The translations under genes and the position numbers were made by a program. A stretch of 64,000 nucleotides of DNA, taken from positions 2,336,136-2,400,135 of the forward strand of contig JBJBDC010000001.1 in NCBI GenBank assembly GCA_047285535.1. Reading direction: 5' to 3'. The notes below the pieces were generated by a model that searched no databases, had not been told where the DNA came from, and saw only the letters and a program-made list of their open reading frames with translations. Shown in pieces: positions 31,077-43,456 of this stretch (the first letter of the stretch is position 1; each line of letters begins with the position of its first letter). This DNA is from Synechococcus sp. (GTDB lineage: Bacteria > Cyanobacteriota > Cyanobacteriia > PCC-6307 > Cyanobiaceae).

Positions 31077-31703
31077 ATGGCGAGTAGCTCTGAACAGTTG
31101 GCGCCCGACCCCGACGAGTTGCGTGCAGCCATCGTCTCTGGGGATCCCGTGCAGGCGATGCCAGCCTTAGCAAAATTGCGAGCTTTGCCCGATTCAGCCA
31201 ATGACAGCGTTGTGATTCCATTGCTGATTCTGGGCAGTGAGCAGCAGGCATTCTTGGTGCGTTCCTTGAGTTGCAGTGGTCTGGGTTACCGGCGCAATGA
31301 ACAGGGTTGGCAGGTACTGAGTCGTTTGCTTGTGCGAGACGAAGACCCCAATGTGCGTGCAGAAGCAGCGAATTCTTTGGCCAGCTACGGGGTCGATCGG
31401 GCCTGGCCTGTATTACGCGACAGCTTCGCGAAGGATCAGGCCTGGTTGGTGCGCTGCAGCATTCTTTCTGCCTTTGCGGAGCAGCCAGGGATCAATCCAG
31501 CCTGGTTGCTTGATCTCGGACGTCAAGCCATTGCAGATGCGGATGGCACTGTGCGCGTGAGTGGTGCTGAAATTTTGGCTCGGGTGGTGCGTGAGCAGGC
31601 CGGAGATGCCAATGGCGCTGAGGCCAGGGCGCTCCTGCAGCCGCTTCAGAAGGACGGTGATCATCGCGTGGTGGCTGCTGCATTGAATGGATTGCAGTCC
31701 TAA
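31077..31703 (+). CDS. HEAT-repeat (PBS lyase-like) protein
   Basis: DEDPNVRAEAANSL, DQAWLVR, DADGTVR, DGDHRV repeats. Confidence 0.85.
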   Translation: MASSSEQLAPDPDELRAAIVSGDPVQAMPALAKLRALPDSANDSVVIPLLILGSEQQAFLVRSLSCSGLGYRRNEQGWQVLSRLLVRDEDPNVRAEAANSLASYGVDRAWPVLRDSFAKDQAWLVRCSILSAFAEQPGINPAWLLDLGRQAIADADGTVRVSGAEILARVVREQAGDANGAEARALLQPLQKDGDHRVVAAALNGLQS

Positions 31704-31745
31704 AAGCAGAAGTGCACCAGACCCGGAAACTGTGGCTAGCTTGTC

Positions 31746-31843
31746 AATACCACTAGGGGTGCCTCGGCTGTCCTTGCGATAGACGGGGCTGAGATCACAC
31801 CCTCTGAACCTGATCCGGGTCATGCCGGCGCAGGGAAGTGAAT
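31746..31843 (+). promoter_or_regulatory. TPP riboswitch
   Basis: Consensus elements CTAGGGGTGC...GCTGAGA..ACCC..GAACCTGATCCGGGTCATGCCGGCGCAGGGAAG directly upstream of thiC. Confidence 0.95.
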
Positions 31844-31850
31844 AGCGTGA

Positions 31851-33299
<1,449 letters not shown>

Positions 33300-33325
33300 T
33301 TCTTTCCCCCTCAGCGCATAGGCAC

Positions 33326-33356
33326 AAAAAAGCCCCCCCTTAATGGGGGGCTTTTT
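33326..33356. terminator. Bidirectional rho-independent terminator
   Basis: AAAAAAGCCCCCCC-TTAAT-GGGGGGCTTTTT after the thiC stop. Confidence 0.85.
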
Positions 33357-33372
33357 GCTGGATGATTGAGAC

Positions 33373-33471
33373 TCAACCCAGCAGAGTCTTTGACTTCTCC
33401 AAAACATTCTCAACGGTGAATCCGAACTTTTCCATTCATTTGCGGCCTGGCGCAGATGCACCACAGCGATT
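33373..33471 (-). pseudogene. Decayed duplicate of the tkt 3' end
   Basis: Translates [31 protein letters not shown], versus Tkt C-terminus [32 protein letters not shown] at 37549-37647. Confidence 0.9.
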
Positions 33472-33666
33472 TTGAATGGAACAAACTGTTCGAGTTTTTC
33501 TCTATCTTCAGTGAGCAAAACAGTACTAGGTTGATACTCTGTCTGCCGATATTTTCAATAGGGTGGGATTGTGTTCAATGTGTGCTTCAAAGTACTGTAC
33601 TGCCCGATGCAGACCAAGATTACGGATGCTGATCTGGCAAGTCTCACTATAGTTTTAAATAATCAG
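33471..33666 (+). pseudogene. Decayed duplicate of the thiC 3' end
   Basis: Reads [49 protein letters not shown] with frameshifts, versus Thi[50 protein letters not shown]. Confidence 0.88.
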
Positions 33667-33938
33667 CCGATCTCAGAACAATTTACTTCGTTGGTTGAGC
33701 TTTAGGGCATGCTTGTCGTAGAGATACGCATCGTATGACGATTGATGTTTTGATGGAGCATCAATCATTTAACTTGCCTTCATCTCTCCTTTGGTGGAAG
33801 TTTGGTTGCCTGAAAATATTCCCTTTGTCCAAATTTTGGTTTTACCCTTGAAATCTTGAGTGTAATCATTTCTTTTGTGGCACTGATTGAGTTCGTAGAA
33901 TTGCATTGTGTTAAAATAAATTGTCTAATTGCTGGGAA

Positions 33939-35429
33939 ATGAAAAGTACTCTTGCCTTTGTATTTACTCGTAAGCGTGTTGCTCGATACTTGCCATTTTT
34001 AGTTGTAACGTTGATTGCTGTATTTTGTGTCGAAGGTATTCTTGGGCTTAAAGCCGGCTTGGGTGGTGATGCAACTCAGAATTTTCTAAGTTCATATAAC
34101 TTGTATTCCAACTCTGAGTATGGAAGGCATCTTGGAAGTGCTGGTTTTAGAAGGGAGCCTTTTCCAAACTGGATATTGGCTTTTTTTATGCACATATTTG
34201 TAAGGCCTCCCAGGGGCCTTTCAGAAGATCAGATTCTTTCATTGCCAGAAGTTTTAGATAAATCCGTACAGATCAATATCTTTTGGGCAATTTCACTCTT
34301 TGTTTCATTGTGGATTTTAAGCAGACTGCTCTTTAAAAACTCTCTGGTAGCGGATCTTGTAGCCATTAATTCCATAGTTATCTCGCAAGCGGTGTTTGTC
34401 AAGCAGGAGATGTCTAATTTAAATACTGAACTCCCAGCATCAGTTTTAATTTGCTTATTGTCTATTGCTCTTATTTCTTCTTTGAGGACTAAGCTGTGGT
34501 GGTGGGTTGTTATTAGTGGCCTTTTTTATGGTTTGCTGGTTTTAACGAAAGCATCTGGCGCCTATGTTGCTTTTCTTACCATGCCTTTTGCTGCAATTTG
34601 CATAGCTATTTCTCCTGAAATGGGTTTTAAACAGAACTTTAAGCATGCTCTTAAGTATTTCCTGTGTATTGCTATTGGCTTCTTAGTTGTTGTAACGCCG
34701 TGGATTACACGCAATTATTTTGAATTTGGTCAGCCATCGATTGCAATGGGTGGTGGAAGGGTTTTGTGGATAAGGTCAGAATACAATAAAATTAATAGGG
34801 AGCAGTATATTGGTTCGTTTTATGCTTTTTCTCCTAAGGGGTTGCAAATGCACTTTTGGGAGCCCTTGCTGGGATATAGCAAGAATCAATTAGATTGCGG
34901 GGGATCTCTTCAACTTTTCAGTAGAAATCTTCCATGTGATAATCAATTGCGTGAGCAAGGCAGGTATGATGAAGTTGTTAGTTTGTATGACCGTGGCAAA
35001 AAAGCTTTGCCTCAGAAATACAAAGAGAGAGCTATAGAAAAAGGTATTGATTACAATAATGATGATCTTGGCAAGCAGGTGTTTATAGAAAATATAAAGG
35101 CAAATCCTCGAAGCCATTTAGCGCTGACGCTGCCTCTTGCTTGGCGTGGAATTTGGTCGTTTGTTGTTTTTGATATGTTTGGACTTTTTGTTAACTTTGT
35201 CTTTATGGTTAATTTGATCTTAATGCCTCTTGTGTCATTAATTTTACGCAATAAGACTTTATTCCTGTTATCGCTTCTGCCCGCTTCTTACTATTGGTTT
35301 TATGCTCTATTCAGTCAGTTTTGGACTCGTTTCTCTGAGCCATTTATTCCTATATCCTCAATACTATTTTTGTACCTAATAGCCAACGTTGTTGTTCCTT
35401 ATTTTCAGAAGAGAAGGTTCAATACTTGA
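33939..35429 (+). CDS. Polytopic membrane protein, GT-C (PMT/ArnT/GtrC-like) glycosyltransferase
   Basis: N-terminal TM followed by GGDA loop, FRREP, NTELP, LTKA, PWITRNY, late RF..P; many TMs; AT-rich. Confidence 0.7.
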   Translation: MKSTLAFVFTRKRVARYLPFLVVTLIAVFCVEGILGLKAGLGGDATQNFLSSYNLYSNSEYGRHLGSAGFRREPFPNWILAFFMHIFVRPPRGLSEDQILSLPEVLDKSVQINIFWAISLFVSLWILSRLLFKNSLVADLVAINSIVISQAVFVKQEMSNLNTELPASVLICLLSIALISSLRTKLWWWVVISGLFYGLLVLTKASGAYVAFLTMPFAAICIAISPEMGFKQNFKHALKYFLCIAIGFLVVVTPWITRNYFEFGQPSIAMGGGRVLWIRSEYNKINREQYIGSFYAFSPKGLQMHFWEPLLGYSKNQLDCGGSLQLFSRNLPCDNQLREQGRYDEVVSLYDRGKKALPQKYKERAIEKGIDYNNDDLGKQVFIENIKANPRSHLALTLPLAWRGIWSFVVFDMFGLFVNFVFMVNLILMPLVSLILRNKTLFLLSLLPASYYWFYALFSQFWTRFSEPFIPISSILFLYLIANVVVPYFQKRRFNT

Positions 35430-36393
35430 TTCCTTCATTGGACTGGGCTTATTCTGAGTTGTTATTGTATACAGTGTCAGGGTTTTATCCAAAAATTAGG
35501 TAGTTTTGCATTAAAACACTCCAAATAAGGCCTTTTGCGTTGTTTGATCTGGAGTAATTGGCGTTAACTTCTAGAGACCCGTGTATGCCATTGGCTTTGA
35601 TGTTTATGGCACTATTTTGATCTCCTATAGGTTCGAATGCTTTGATGCTGAATGATTTCTGCAGCCTGGGTACTGGCGAACAGAAAGTTTCTCAAGCCTT
35701 TTCGAATTTCAGGCTTGGTACTTCATTCCCTTCATTAGTTGGATTCCTTCTTTTTAATTAAACTGTCGACAGTGCAGAATCAGCGAGTTAGGCATGCCAA
35801 ATACATGCAGGAAAATACTTTTCTCGCTGTGATTTTCAAAAATTAAATTACAAACCAAACTTCCATCATTAAGGTCTAGTTTTACGCTTTACGAACCAAA
35901 CTGTATTCCTCTATTGAGGTGCAATGACTAGTTGACAGGCAGAGCAAAGACCCATTGTCCCTCTCTTGCCATCGTCTTCGCTGCTTCTGACTCCTATTGT
36001 TTAAATGATTAGCTTTAACCTCAGACTAAGGAGCTTCTTGATTTCTTTGATGCTTGCTGATGCATTTGAGTATCCACTGTTTTTGGTCCAGCAAAAAGTT
36101 TTGATTTGCATCAAAAGTTGGTATTGACTGTTTGCTTATATTAAATGCAGCGAACCTGTTGCTTTGAGATGGTGGTAAATTAGAAAATTGAATCCTGTTT
36201 AAGTTGACTTAGCCTATATATCTAGCGTTTGATCATTTTAGCGTTGAATCAGCTACTCCAAATGGAAATAATCTCTGATGGCTTATGAATCAATTTCATA
36301 AGTGACAATATCTTCTGAAGTCTGAATTAATCTTGTCATTGAAGTTTGGGCTCATAAGGATTGGCAGGACGTGATTTGTTTTTTATTGATAAT

Positions 36394-37086
36394 TTAAAGG
36401 TTCGCCCATAGGTTATATTTTAAGATGCAGTAAATTGCTCGAACTCCATCTTTCCAGCCAATTTTTTTGCCTTCGTCATACGTCCTTCCATAATATGAGA
36501 TGCCAACTTCGTAAATTCGTAGATTCATTTTTGCAATCTTTGCTGTCACTTCTGGCTCGAAGCCAAATCTATTTTCGTGAATCGTAATTGATTGGATCAC
36601 TTCACGCCGAAAAGCTTTGTAGCAAGTTTCCATGTCAGAGAGATTGAGGTCGGTAAAGAAATTGCTCATGAGGGTGAGCAATCCGTTGCCAACACGGTGC
36701 CAGAAATAGACAACTCGATGTGGACGACCGCTTTGAAATCTGCTTCCGAACACCACATCAGCTTTTCCATCCAGTATGGGTTGGATTACGATAGGAAATT
36801 CTTGGGGGTCATATTCGAGGTCGGCATCTTGGACGATACAAATATCCCCAGTAGCTTCTCTGAAGCCTGTACGCAAAGCACCACCTTTGCCTTGGTTTGA
36901 ATCATGGAAAATGACTTTAACTTCTTTGTCTTTGAGTTTATTTAATATGTTTCGAGTGCCATCATTTGAGCCATCGTCCACGATGATTATCTCTCGATCT
37001 TCAACAGGAGACTGTTTGACTGCGTTAAGAAGCGAAATGATAGTGTCTGACTCATTGTAGCAAGGAATGATGATGCTAAGTTTCAT
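36394..37086 (-). CDS. GT2 polyprenol-phosphate glycosyltransferase (DPM1/GtrB-like)
   Basis: SIIIPCYNE, VDDGSNDGT, NQGKGGA, QDADLEY, FGSRF, DMETCYK, GKKIGWKDG. Confidence 0.92.
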   Translation of the reverse strand: MKLSIIIPCYNESDTIISLLNAVKQSPVEDREIIIVDDGSNDGTRNILNKLKDKEVKVIFHDSNQGKGGALRTGFREATGDICIVQDADLEYDPQEFPIVIQPILDGKADVVFGSRFQSGRPHRVVYFWHRVGNGLLTLMSNFFTDLNLSDMETCYKAFRREVIQSITIHENRFGFEPEVTAKIAKMNLRIYEVGISYYGRTYDEGKKIGWKDGVRAIYCILKYNLWANL

Positions 37087-37544
37087 TATTTGAAGGCCCA
37101 ATGCTTTTGTGAAAAGTAAGATGTTGCTGCTAAGCAGGGAATCATTGCGATTGCGGCTAGGTTCTTGCTGAGGCCAAGGAGTTCTCCAAGCTCAATGCCA
37201 AATATATTTAGGAGCCATATTGCTGTCATTAGGATTAAATATTTGAAGATTGGTTTTCTGTGTCTAAGGCCTTGTGTTCGGAATACCAGCTTGCCATAAA
37301 TTACATATCCAATACATGTATTAATTACTTGACTGATTAATGTTGCAACGGTAACGCTAACTACGTTACTGAAGAGTAATGCCTGCAGCGCAAGATTTGT
37401 TAAAATGACATTAATAATTCCTGCCATGCCGAATCTTCGCTTGGTTCCAAGACCGTCCTTGCTAAACCCCCATAGCTTTTTTGCGATAGGGGTGTTCTTA
37501 AGATCCTGATTTGCTGATTGTTGTGTCGAAGGTTCGGCCGGCAA
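37086..37544 (-). CDS. GtrA-family membrane protein (lipid-linked sugar flippase)
   Basis: RRFGMAG..N, four TMs, YVIYGKLVF, terminal SYFSQKHWAFK; TAATG overlap with the GT2; TTG start just after tkt is tentative. Confidence 0.75.
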   Translation of the reverse strand: MPAEPSTQQSANQDLKNTPIAKKLWGFSKDGLGTKRRFGMAGIINVILTNLALQALLFSNVVSVTVATLISQVINTCIGYVIYGKLVFRTQGLRHRKPIFKYLILMTAIWLLNIFGIELGELLGLSKNLAAIAMIPCLAATSYFSQKHWAFK

Positions 37545-37548
37545 ATTG

Positions 37549-39558
37549 TTAGCCCAGCAGAGCCTTTGACTTTGCCAAAACGTTCTCAACGGTGAAGCCG
37601 AACTTCTCCATACATGTGCCACCTGGCGCAGATGCACCAAAGCGATTCATGGTGACGCTATCGCCATCGAGACCGATAAAACGGTGCCAACCGAAGCTTT
37701 CGGCGGCTTCCACCACAATGCGCTTGCGTACAGAGTTGGGGAGCACCTCTTCTTTGTAAGCATCGCTTTGCTCGTCAAAGAGTTCTACACAAGGCATCGA
37801 AACAACCCGTACTTTTTTGCCTTCAGTAGTGAGCTGCTTAGCGGCTTGAACGCAAAGGTCGAGCTCGGTGCCCGTTCCGATCAGGATCAGGTCAGGAGTG
37901 CCGTCGCAATCTTCCAGGATGTAGCCGCCATGGGCGACCTTCTCGATCGAGGAGTTGGCCTGGTTGGCCATGCCTTGACGGCTTAGACAAAGTGCGCTGG
38001 GACGATGACGGTTCTCGATGGCTAGCTTGTAGGCACCACTGGTTTCGTTGCCGTCACCAGGACGGAACACCAGCATGTTGGGCATCGCCCGCAATGAAGG
38101 GATGGTTTCGATCGGCTGGTGAGTCGGTCCGTCTTCCCCGACGCCGATGGAGTCGTGGGTGAGAACGTAAATCACTCCTAGCTCGCTCAGCGCCGATAGG
38201 CGCATGGAGCCGCGCATGTAATCGGCAAATACCAGGAAGGTGCCGCCATAGGGGATCAATCCACTGTTGTGATAGGCGATGCCGTTGAGCACAGCCGCCA
38301 TCGCATGCTCGCGAACGCCGAAGTGGAGATAACGCTTTTCAGGAGTTTCAGGCTGGTAAGAGCCAGTTTCACCGGCAATATCGGTGTAGTTGGAGTGGGT
38401 GAGGTCGGCCGATCCTCCGATCAATTCGGGCAGGTGGGGCCCCAAGGCACCTAAGCAGATTTGGGAGTGTTTGCGAGTGGCAAGTCCCTTGTCGTCTGCG
38501 GTGTAGGTCGGTAGATCCTGATCCCAGCCCTGGGGCAGTTCTCCCCGCAGCATGCGCTCAAATTCAGCGGCCTCGCTGGGGTATTTGCTGCGATAGGAGG
38601 CGAGAGCTTGATTCCACTCAGCTTCAAGGCTGGAGCCGCGCTCGATGGCCTGGCGATATTGGTCATAGGCCTCTTGAGGAATCTCGAAGGGCCCGTGAGT
38701 CCAACCCAGTTGCTTGCGCGTGAGCTCAGCTTCTTCCTCTCCAATGGCAGCCCCATGAATGCCAGCGGTGTCGCTCTTGTTGGGTGAGCCATACCCAATG
38801 GTGGTGGTCACCTTGATGATCGATGGCTTGTCGGTCACCGCTTTTGCTGTCTCAATCGCCTTTGCAATGGCATTGAGGTCGGTATTGCCGTCAGCGACGT
38901 GTTGCACATGCCATCCGTAGGCTTCGTAGCGCTTGAGGACGTCCTCTGTGAAAGACACATCGGTGCGGCCATCAATGGTGATGTGATTATCGTCATAGAG
39001 GGCAATCAATTTGCCCAATTTGAGGTGCCCGGCTAGCGAGGCGGCCTCTGATGCCACGCCTTCCTGGTTGCAGCCGTCACCCATGATGACGTAGGTGAAG
39101 TGATCGACAATTTTGGCGTCGGCCTTATTGAATTTGGCGCCAAGGTGAGATTCGGCAATCGCTAAACCGACGGCATTGGAGATCCCGGCTCCCAGCGGGC
39201 CTGCAGTCACCTCGATGCCTGGCGTCTCAAACGTTTCGGGATGGCCAGGTGTTTTCGAGCCCCACTGACGGAATTGTTTGATGTCGTCCATGGTCACCGA
39301 GTCGTAGCCGGTGAGGTGGAGCAGGGCGTACACCAACATGCAGCCATGCCCTGCCGAAAGCACAAACCGATCCCGGTTGAACCACTTCGGATTCTTGGGA
39401 TTGTGCTTCAGAAATTGATGCCACAGGGTATAGCCCATCGGTGCGCAACCCATGGGTAATCCAGGGTGACCGCTATTGGATTTATTGACGGCATCAACGG
39501 CCAACATACGAATGCTGTTGACGCAGAGCGTGTCGAGAGAAGCGGTTGCGGCGGCCAT
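37549..39558 (-). CDS. tkt: Transketolase
   Basis: [44 protein letters not shown]. Confidence 0.97.
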   Translation of the reverse strand: MAAATASLDTLCVNSIRMLAVDAVNKSNSGHPGLPMGCAPMGYTLWHQFLKHNPKNPKWFNRDRFVLSAGHGCMLVYALLHLTGYDSVTMDDIKQFRQWGSKTPGHPETFETPGIEVTAGPLGAGISNAVGLAIAESHLGAKFNKADAKIVDHFTYVIMGDGCNQEGVASEAASLAGHLKLGKLIALYDDNHITIDGRTDVSFTEDVLKRYEAYGWHVQHVADGNTDLNAIAKAIETAKAVTDKPSIIKVTTTIGYGSPNKSDTAGIHGAAIGEEEAELTRKQLGWTHGPFEIPQEAYDQYRQAIERGSSLEAEWNQALASYRSKYPSEAAEFERMLRGELPQGWDQDLPTYTADDKGLATRKHSQICLGALGPHLPELIGGSADLTHSNYTDIAGETGSYQPETPEKRYLHFGVREHAMAAVLNGIAYHNSGLIPYGGTFLVFADYMRGSMRLSALSELGVIYVLTHDSIGVGEDGPTHQPIETIPSLRAMPNMLVFRPGDGNETSGAYKLAIENRHRPSALCLSRQGMANQANSSIEKVAHGGYILEDCDGTPDLILIGTGTELDLCVQAAKQLTTEGKKVRVVSMPCVELFDEQSDAYKEEVLPNSVRKRIVVEAAESFGWHRFIGLDGDSVTMNRFGASAPGGTCMEKFGFTVENVLAKSKALLG

Positions 39559-39605
39559 GGATTGAAGGGTGGGGAAGATGAAAGGGAAATGCGTTTGAGT
39601 CTGGA

Positions 39606-40853
39606 CTAGTTCATGCGACTGAAGGCCAGGCAGACGTTGTGACCGCCGAAGCCGAAGGAGTTGGACAGCACTGTTCTTAGTGTTAGTTCACGAGCAGTAT
39701 TCGGCACAATATCCAGATCGCATTCAGGATCGGGATTGGTGTAGTTGATGGTGGGCGGGACGACACCATGCTGAAGTGCGAGAACACAGGCCACCGCTTC
39801 GATGCCGCCAGAACCTCCGAGAAGATGACCGGTCATCGACTTGGTTGAACTCACAGGAATCTCTGTGGCGCGACTACCTAGCGCGCTCTTGATCGCTGCG
39901 GTTTCGTTGCTGTCGTTTGCAGGAGTGCTGGTGCCGTGAGCGTTGACATAATCAACGCTTCCAGCTGCGATTCCGCCATCGTTAAGAGCGAGGCGGATGG
40001 CAGCAGCGCCACCCACACCGCCGGGGGTGGGAGATGTGATGTGGTGGGCATCGCAAGTGGTCCCGTATCCCACGATCTCAGCCAAAATGGTGGCATCTCG
40101 AGATTCGGCATGGGCCAAGGTTTCGAGAACCAAAATTCCGGAGCCTTCTCCGATGACAAATCCATCTCGGTCTTTGTCAAACGGGCGACTGGCGGTGGCA
40201 GGATCGTCGTTACGGAAGGAGAGGGCTTTGGCACTCGCAAAGCCAGCCACCCCAAGTGGTGTGATGGCTGACTCGGCACCACCGCAAATCATCGCGTCAG
40301 CTTTGCCTAGCTGAAGGAGTTGAAAGGCGTCGCCGATCGCATTGGAGCCTGCGGCACAGGCAGTGGCCACAGCGGAACTGGGGCCTTTCGCGCCTAGGGC
40401 GATAGCGGCTAATCCTGTAGCCATGTTTGGAATCATCATCGGCACCGTGAAGGGGCTGACGCGATTTGGACCTTTGTCCTTGAGAACATGAGCTTGGGTT
40501 TCCATCATCAGAAGTCCGCCCACGCCCGAGCCGATACTGACGCCGATGCGGTGTGCATTGGCGTCAGTAATGGTGAGACCAGCGTCAGCAAGGGCCTGCT
40601 TCGCAGCTACCACTCCGAACTTGCAGAAACGATCCCAGCGTTTGGCTTCTTTGGGCTCAATGAAACCGCTTGGATCAAAATTCTTGACTTCCGCAGCAAA
40701 GCGGCAAGCGTGCTGCTCTGCATCGAACAAAGTGATCGCTTCAACGCCGTTCCTACCGGAGGTCAAGCCCTCCAGGTAATCAGCGACGGTGTTGCCGATC
40801 GGTGTGATGGCACCGAGGCCTGTGACCACGACGCGCTGTAGACCCTCCACCAT
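39606..40853 (-). CDS. fabF: 3-oxoacyl-ACP synthase II
   Basis: [38 protein letters not shown]. Confidence 0.96.
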   Translation of the reverse strand: MVEGLQRVVVTGLGAITPIGNTVADYLEGLTSGRNGVEAITLFDAEQHACRFAAEVKNFDPSGFIEPKEAKRWDRFCKFGVVAAKQALADAGLTITDANAHRIGVSIGSGVGGLLMMETQAHVLKDKGPNRVSPFTVPMMIPNMATGLAAIALGAKGPSSAVATACAAGSNAIGDAFQLLQLGKADAMICGGAESAITPLGVAGFASAKALSFRNDDPATASRPFDKDRDGFVIGEGSGILVLETLAHAESRDATILAEIVGYGTTCDAHHITSPTPGGVGGAAAIRLALNDGGIAAGSVDYVNAHGTSTPANDSNETAAIKSALGSRATEIPVSSTKSMTGHLLGGSGGIEAVACVLALQHGVVPPTINYTNPDPECDLDIVPNTARELTLRTVLSNSFGFGGHNVCLAFSRMN

Positions 40854-40861
40854 GCAGATCC

Positions 40862-41104
40862 TCAGGCTTGCTTGTCTTCGATGTATTTGACGGCATCGCC
40901 AACCGTGGCAATTCCTTCGGCTGCTTCATCGGGAATTTCGATGTCGAAGGCTTCTTCAAGAGCCATTACCAACTCGACGGTGTCGAGGGAGTCAGCTCCC
41001 AGATCGTTCTGAAAGTTGGACTCAGGTTTGACTTCGCCGGCCTCGACGCTGAGTTGCTCCGTAACGATCGAACGGACTTTTTCGAGGATCGATTCCTGGG
41101 ACAT
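40862..41104 (-). CDS. acpP: Acyl carrier protein
   Basis: [18 protein letters not shown]. Confidence 0.97.
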   Translation of the reverse strand: MSQESILEKVRSIVTEQLSVEAGEVKPESNFQNDLGADSLDTVELVMALEEAFDIEIPDEAAEGIATVGDAVKYIEDKQA

Positions 41105-41177
41105 GGCCGTGCAGACGTGACGTCGCATCTTACGGGCTGACCTACTGGTCACCCCTGCGTGGCGTTAACAACAGTGA

Positions 41178-41501
<324 letters not shown>

Positions 41502-41526
41502 ACTGATCTTCTACTCATAAGATCAG

Positions 41527-41548
41527 CCCGGCAACGCCGGGTTTTTTT
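41527..41548 (+). terminator. Rho-independent terminator after psaC
   Basis: CCCGGC-AAC-GCCGGG followed by T7. Confidence 0.75.
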
Positions 41549-41550
41549 GT

Positions 41551-43437
41551 ATGTGCGGAATTGTTGCGGTCATCGGTTCGCGAGATGCGGCACCGCTCCT
41601 GCTGGAAGGACTGCGTCAGTTGGAGTATCGCGGATATGACTCCGCTGGCATTGCCACGTTGCAAAACCAAGAGTTGCACTGCATCCGTGCCAAGGGAAAG
41701 CTGAACAACCTCACGTCCCGTGTGGAGAATGAGGGTGCTCCAGGGCTTTGTGGCATTGGTCATACCCGATGGGCCACCCATGGCAAGCCGGAGGAGCACA
41801 ACGCTCATCCCCATCGTGATGGAAGCGGCGGGGTTGCTGTTGTTCAAAACGGCATCATTGAAAATCACCGGGCCTTGCGGGAGGAGCTCACGGCTGCAGG
41901 GGTGAATTTTCTGTCCGAGACCGACACCGAGGTGATTCCTCATCTGATTGCGGCTCAACTCGAATTGATGGGGGTTGGAGAGGGCGCTGGTAATGGCAGT
42001 GTTCTGCTTCAAGCAGTCCAGGCTGTCTTGCCCCGTCTTCAAGGTGCTTATGCCCTGGCTGTGTTGTGGGCCGATGCCCCAGGTGCCCTGGTTGTGGCGC
42101 GCAGAGCTGCTCCGCTGTTGATTGGTCTTGGCGAGGGAGAATTTCTTTGCGCCAGTGACACTCCGGCGTTGGCGGGGTTCACGCGCACCATTCTGCCCAT
42201 GGAAGATGGCGAAGTTGCGCTGCTAAGCCCCCTTGGGATCGAGCTATATAACGCCCAGGGAGATCGGCAACAGCGCACACCATCAATTTTAAGTGGCTTT
42301 GATCACATTGCCGACAAGCGGCATTTTCGCCATTTCATGTTGAAGGAGATCCACGAGCAGCCCGAAACAGCAAGGCTCTGGGTTGATCGACATCTGCCAA
42401 CTGGCCTTCCCTCCTCTAATCCTGTAGCGCTTCCTTTTGAAGAGACTTTTTATGAGGGAGTCGAGCAGATTCAAATCTTGGCTTGTGGCACCAGTCGCCA
42501 TGCGGCTTTGGTAGGGGCCTATTTACTGGAACAGTTTGCTGGAATTCCAACAACAGTTTTCTATGCCAGCGAGTTTCGCTACGCACCACCTCCACTGGCG
42601 TCCCATACCCTCACGATCGGAGTCACTCAATCCGGGGAAACGGCCGATACCTTGGCAGCTCTCAGCATGGATGCCAAGCGGCGCCAGACCTATGGCCACG
42701 CCGATTACGCATCAAAGCAGCTTGGCGTGACCAATCGCACGGAGAGTTCCTTGGCCCGGCAGGTGCCTTACATCCTTGATATCGGTGCCGGGATCGAGGT
42801 GGGTGTTGCTGCCACGAAAACGTTTCTTGGTCAGTTGTTGGCTTTCTATGGACTGGCGGTTGCTTTCGCCGCAAGGCGGGGGCATCGCTCTGAGGCTGAG
42901 ATCAGCGCCTTGCTGGAAGAACTGCGGGCTTTGCCTAAGCAACTGGAGAGCTTGCTCGAGCATCACGACAAGGGCTCGGAAGCCTTGGCGCACCACTTTG
43001 CTGAAACCCAAGATGTGATCTTCTTAGGCCGAGGGATTAACTATCCGATTGCCCTGGAGGGAGCCCTCAAGCTCAAGGAAATCAGCTACATCCACGCAGA
43101 GGGCTATCCTGCTGGGGAAATGAAACATGGGCCAATCGCCCTGCTCGATTCACATGTGCCAGTGGTGTCGATTGCCATGCCTGGCTTGGTGTTTGAGAAG
43201 GTATTGAGCAATGCCCAGGAGGCTAAAGCCCGCGATGCGCAAATGATCGGTGTGGCGCCTGAAGGCCCTGATACGGAGTTGTTCGATGCGTTGCTGCCGG
43301 TGCCGGAAGTGAGCGAGTGGGTCAGCCCCCTACTCACTGTGGTGCCGATGCAATTGCTGAGTTATCACATTGCTGCCTACCGGGGCTTGGATGTCGACCA
43401 ACCGCGAAATTTGGCCAAAAGCGTGACGGTTGAGTGA
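41551..43437 (+). CDS. glmS: Glutamine--fructose-6-phosphate aminotransferase
   Basis: MCGIV, EYRGYDSAG, GHTRWATHG, C-terminal PRNLAKSVTVE. Confidence 0.97.
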   Translation: MCGIVAVIGSRDAAPLLLEGLRQLEYRGYDSAGIATLQNQELHCIRAKGKLNNLTSRVENEGAPGLCGIGHTRWATHGKPEEHNAHPHRDGSGGVAVVQNGIIENHRALREELTAAGVNFLSETDTEVIPHLIAAQLELMGVGEGAGNGSVLLQAVQAVLPRLQGAYALAVLWADAPGALVVARRAAPLLIGLGEGEFLCASDTPALAGFTRTILPMEDGEVALLSPLGIELYNAQGDRQQRTPSILSGFDHIADKRHFRHFMLKEIHEQPETARLWVDRHLPTGLPSSNPVALPFEETFYEGVEQIQILACGTSRHAALVGAYLLEQFAGIPTTVFYASEFRYAPPPLASHTLTIGVTQSGETADTLAALSMDAKRRQTYGHADYASKQLGVTNRTESSLARQVPYILDIGAGIEVGVAATKTFLGQLLAFYGLAVAFAARRGHRSEAEISALLEELRALPKQLESLLEHHDKGSEALAHHFAETQDVIFLGRGINYPIALEGALKLKEISYIHAEGYPAGEMKHGPIALLDSHVPVVSIAMPGLVFEKVLSNAQEAKARDAQMIGVAPEGPDTELFDALLPVPEVSEWVSPLLTVVPMQLLSYHIAAYRGLDVDQPRNLAKSVTVE

Positions 43438-43456
43438 TTCATTCACGGTGTGATTA

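Noticed and set aside
41502..41550. glmS ribozyme
   Set aside because: Only ~50 bp, occupied by a terminator; no ribozyme core visible.
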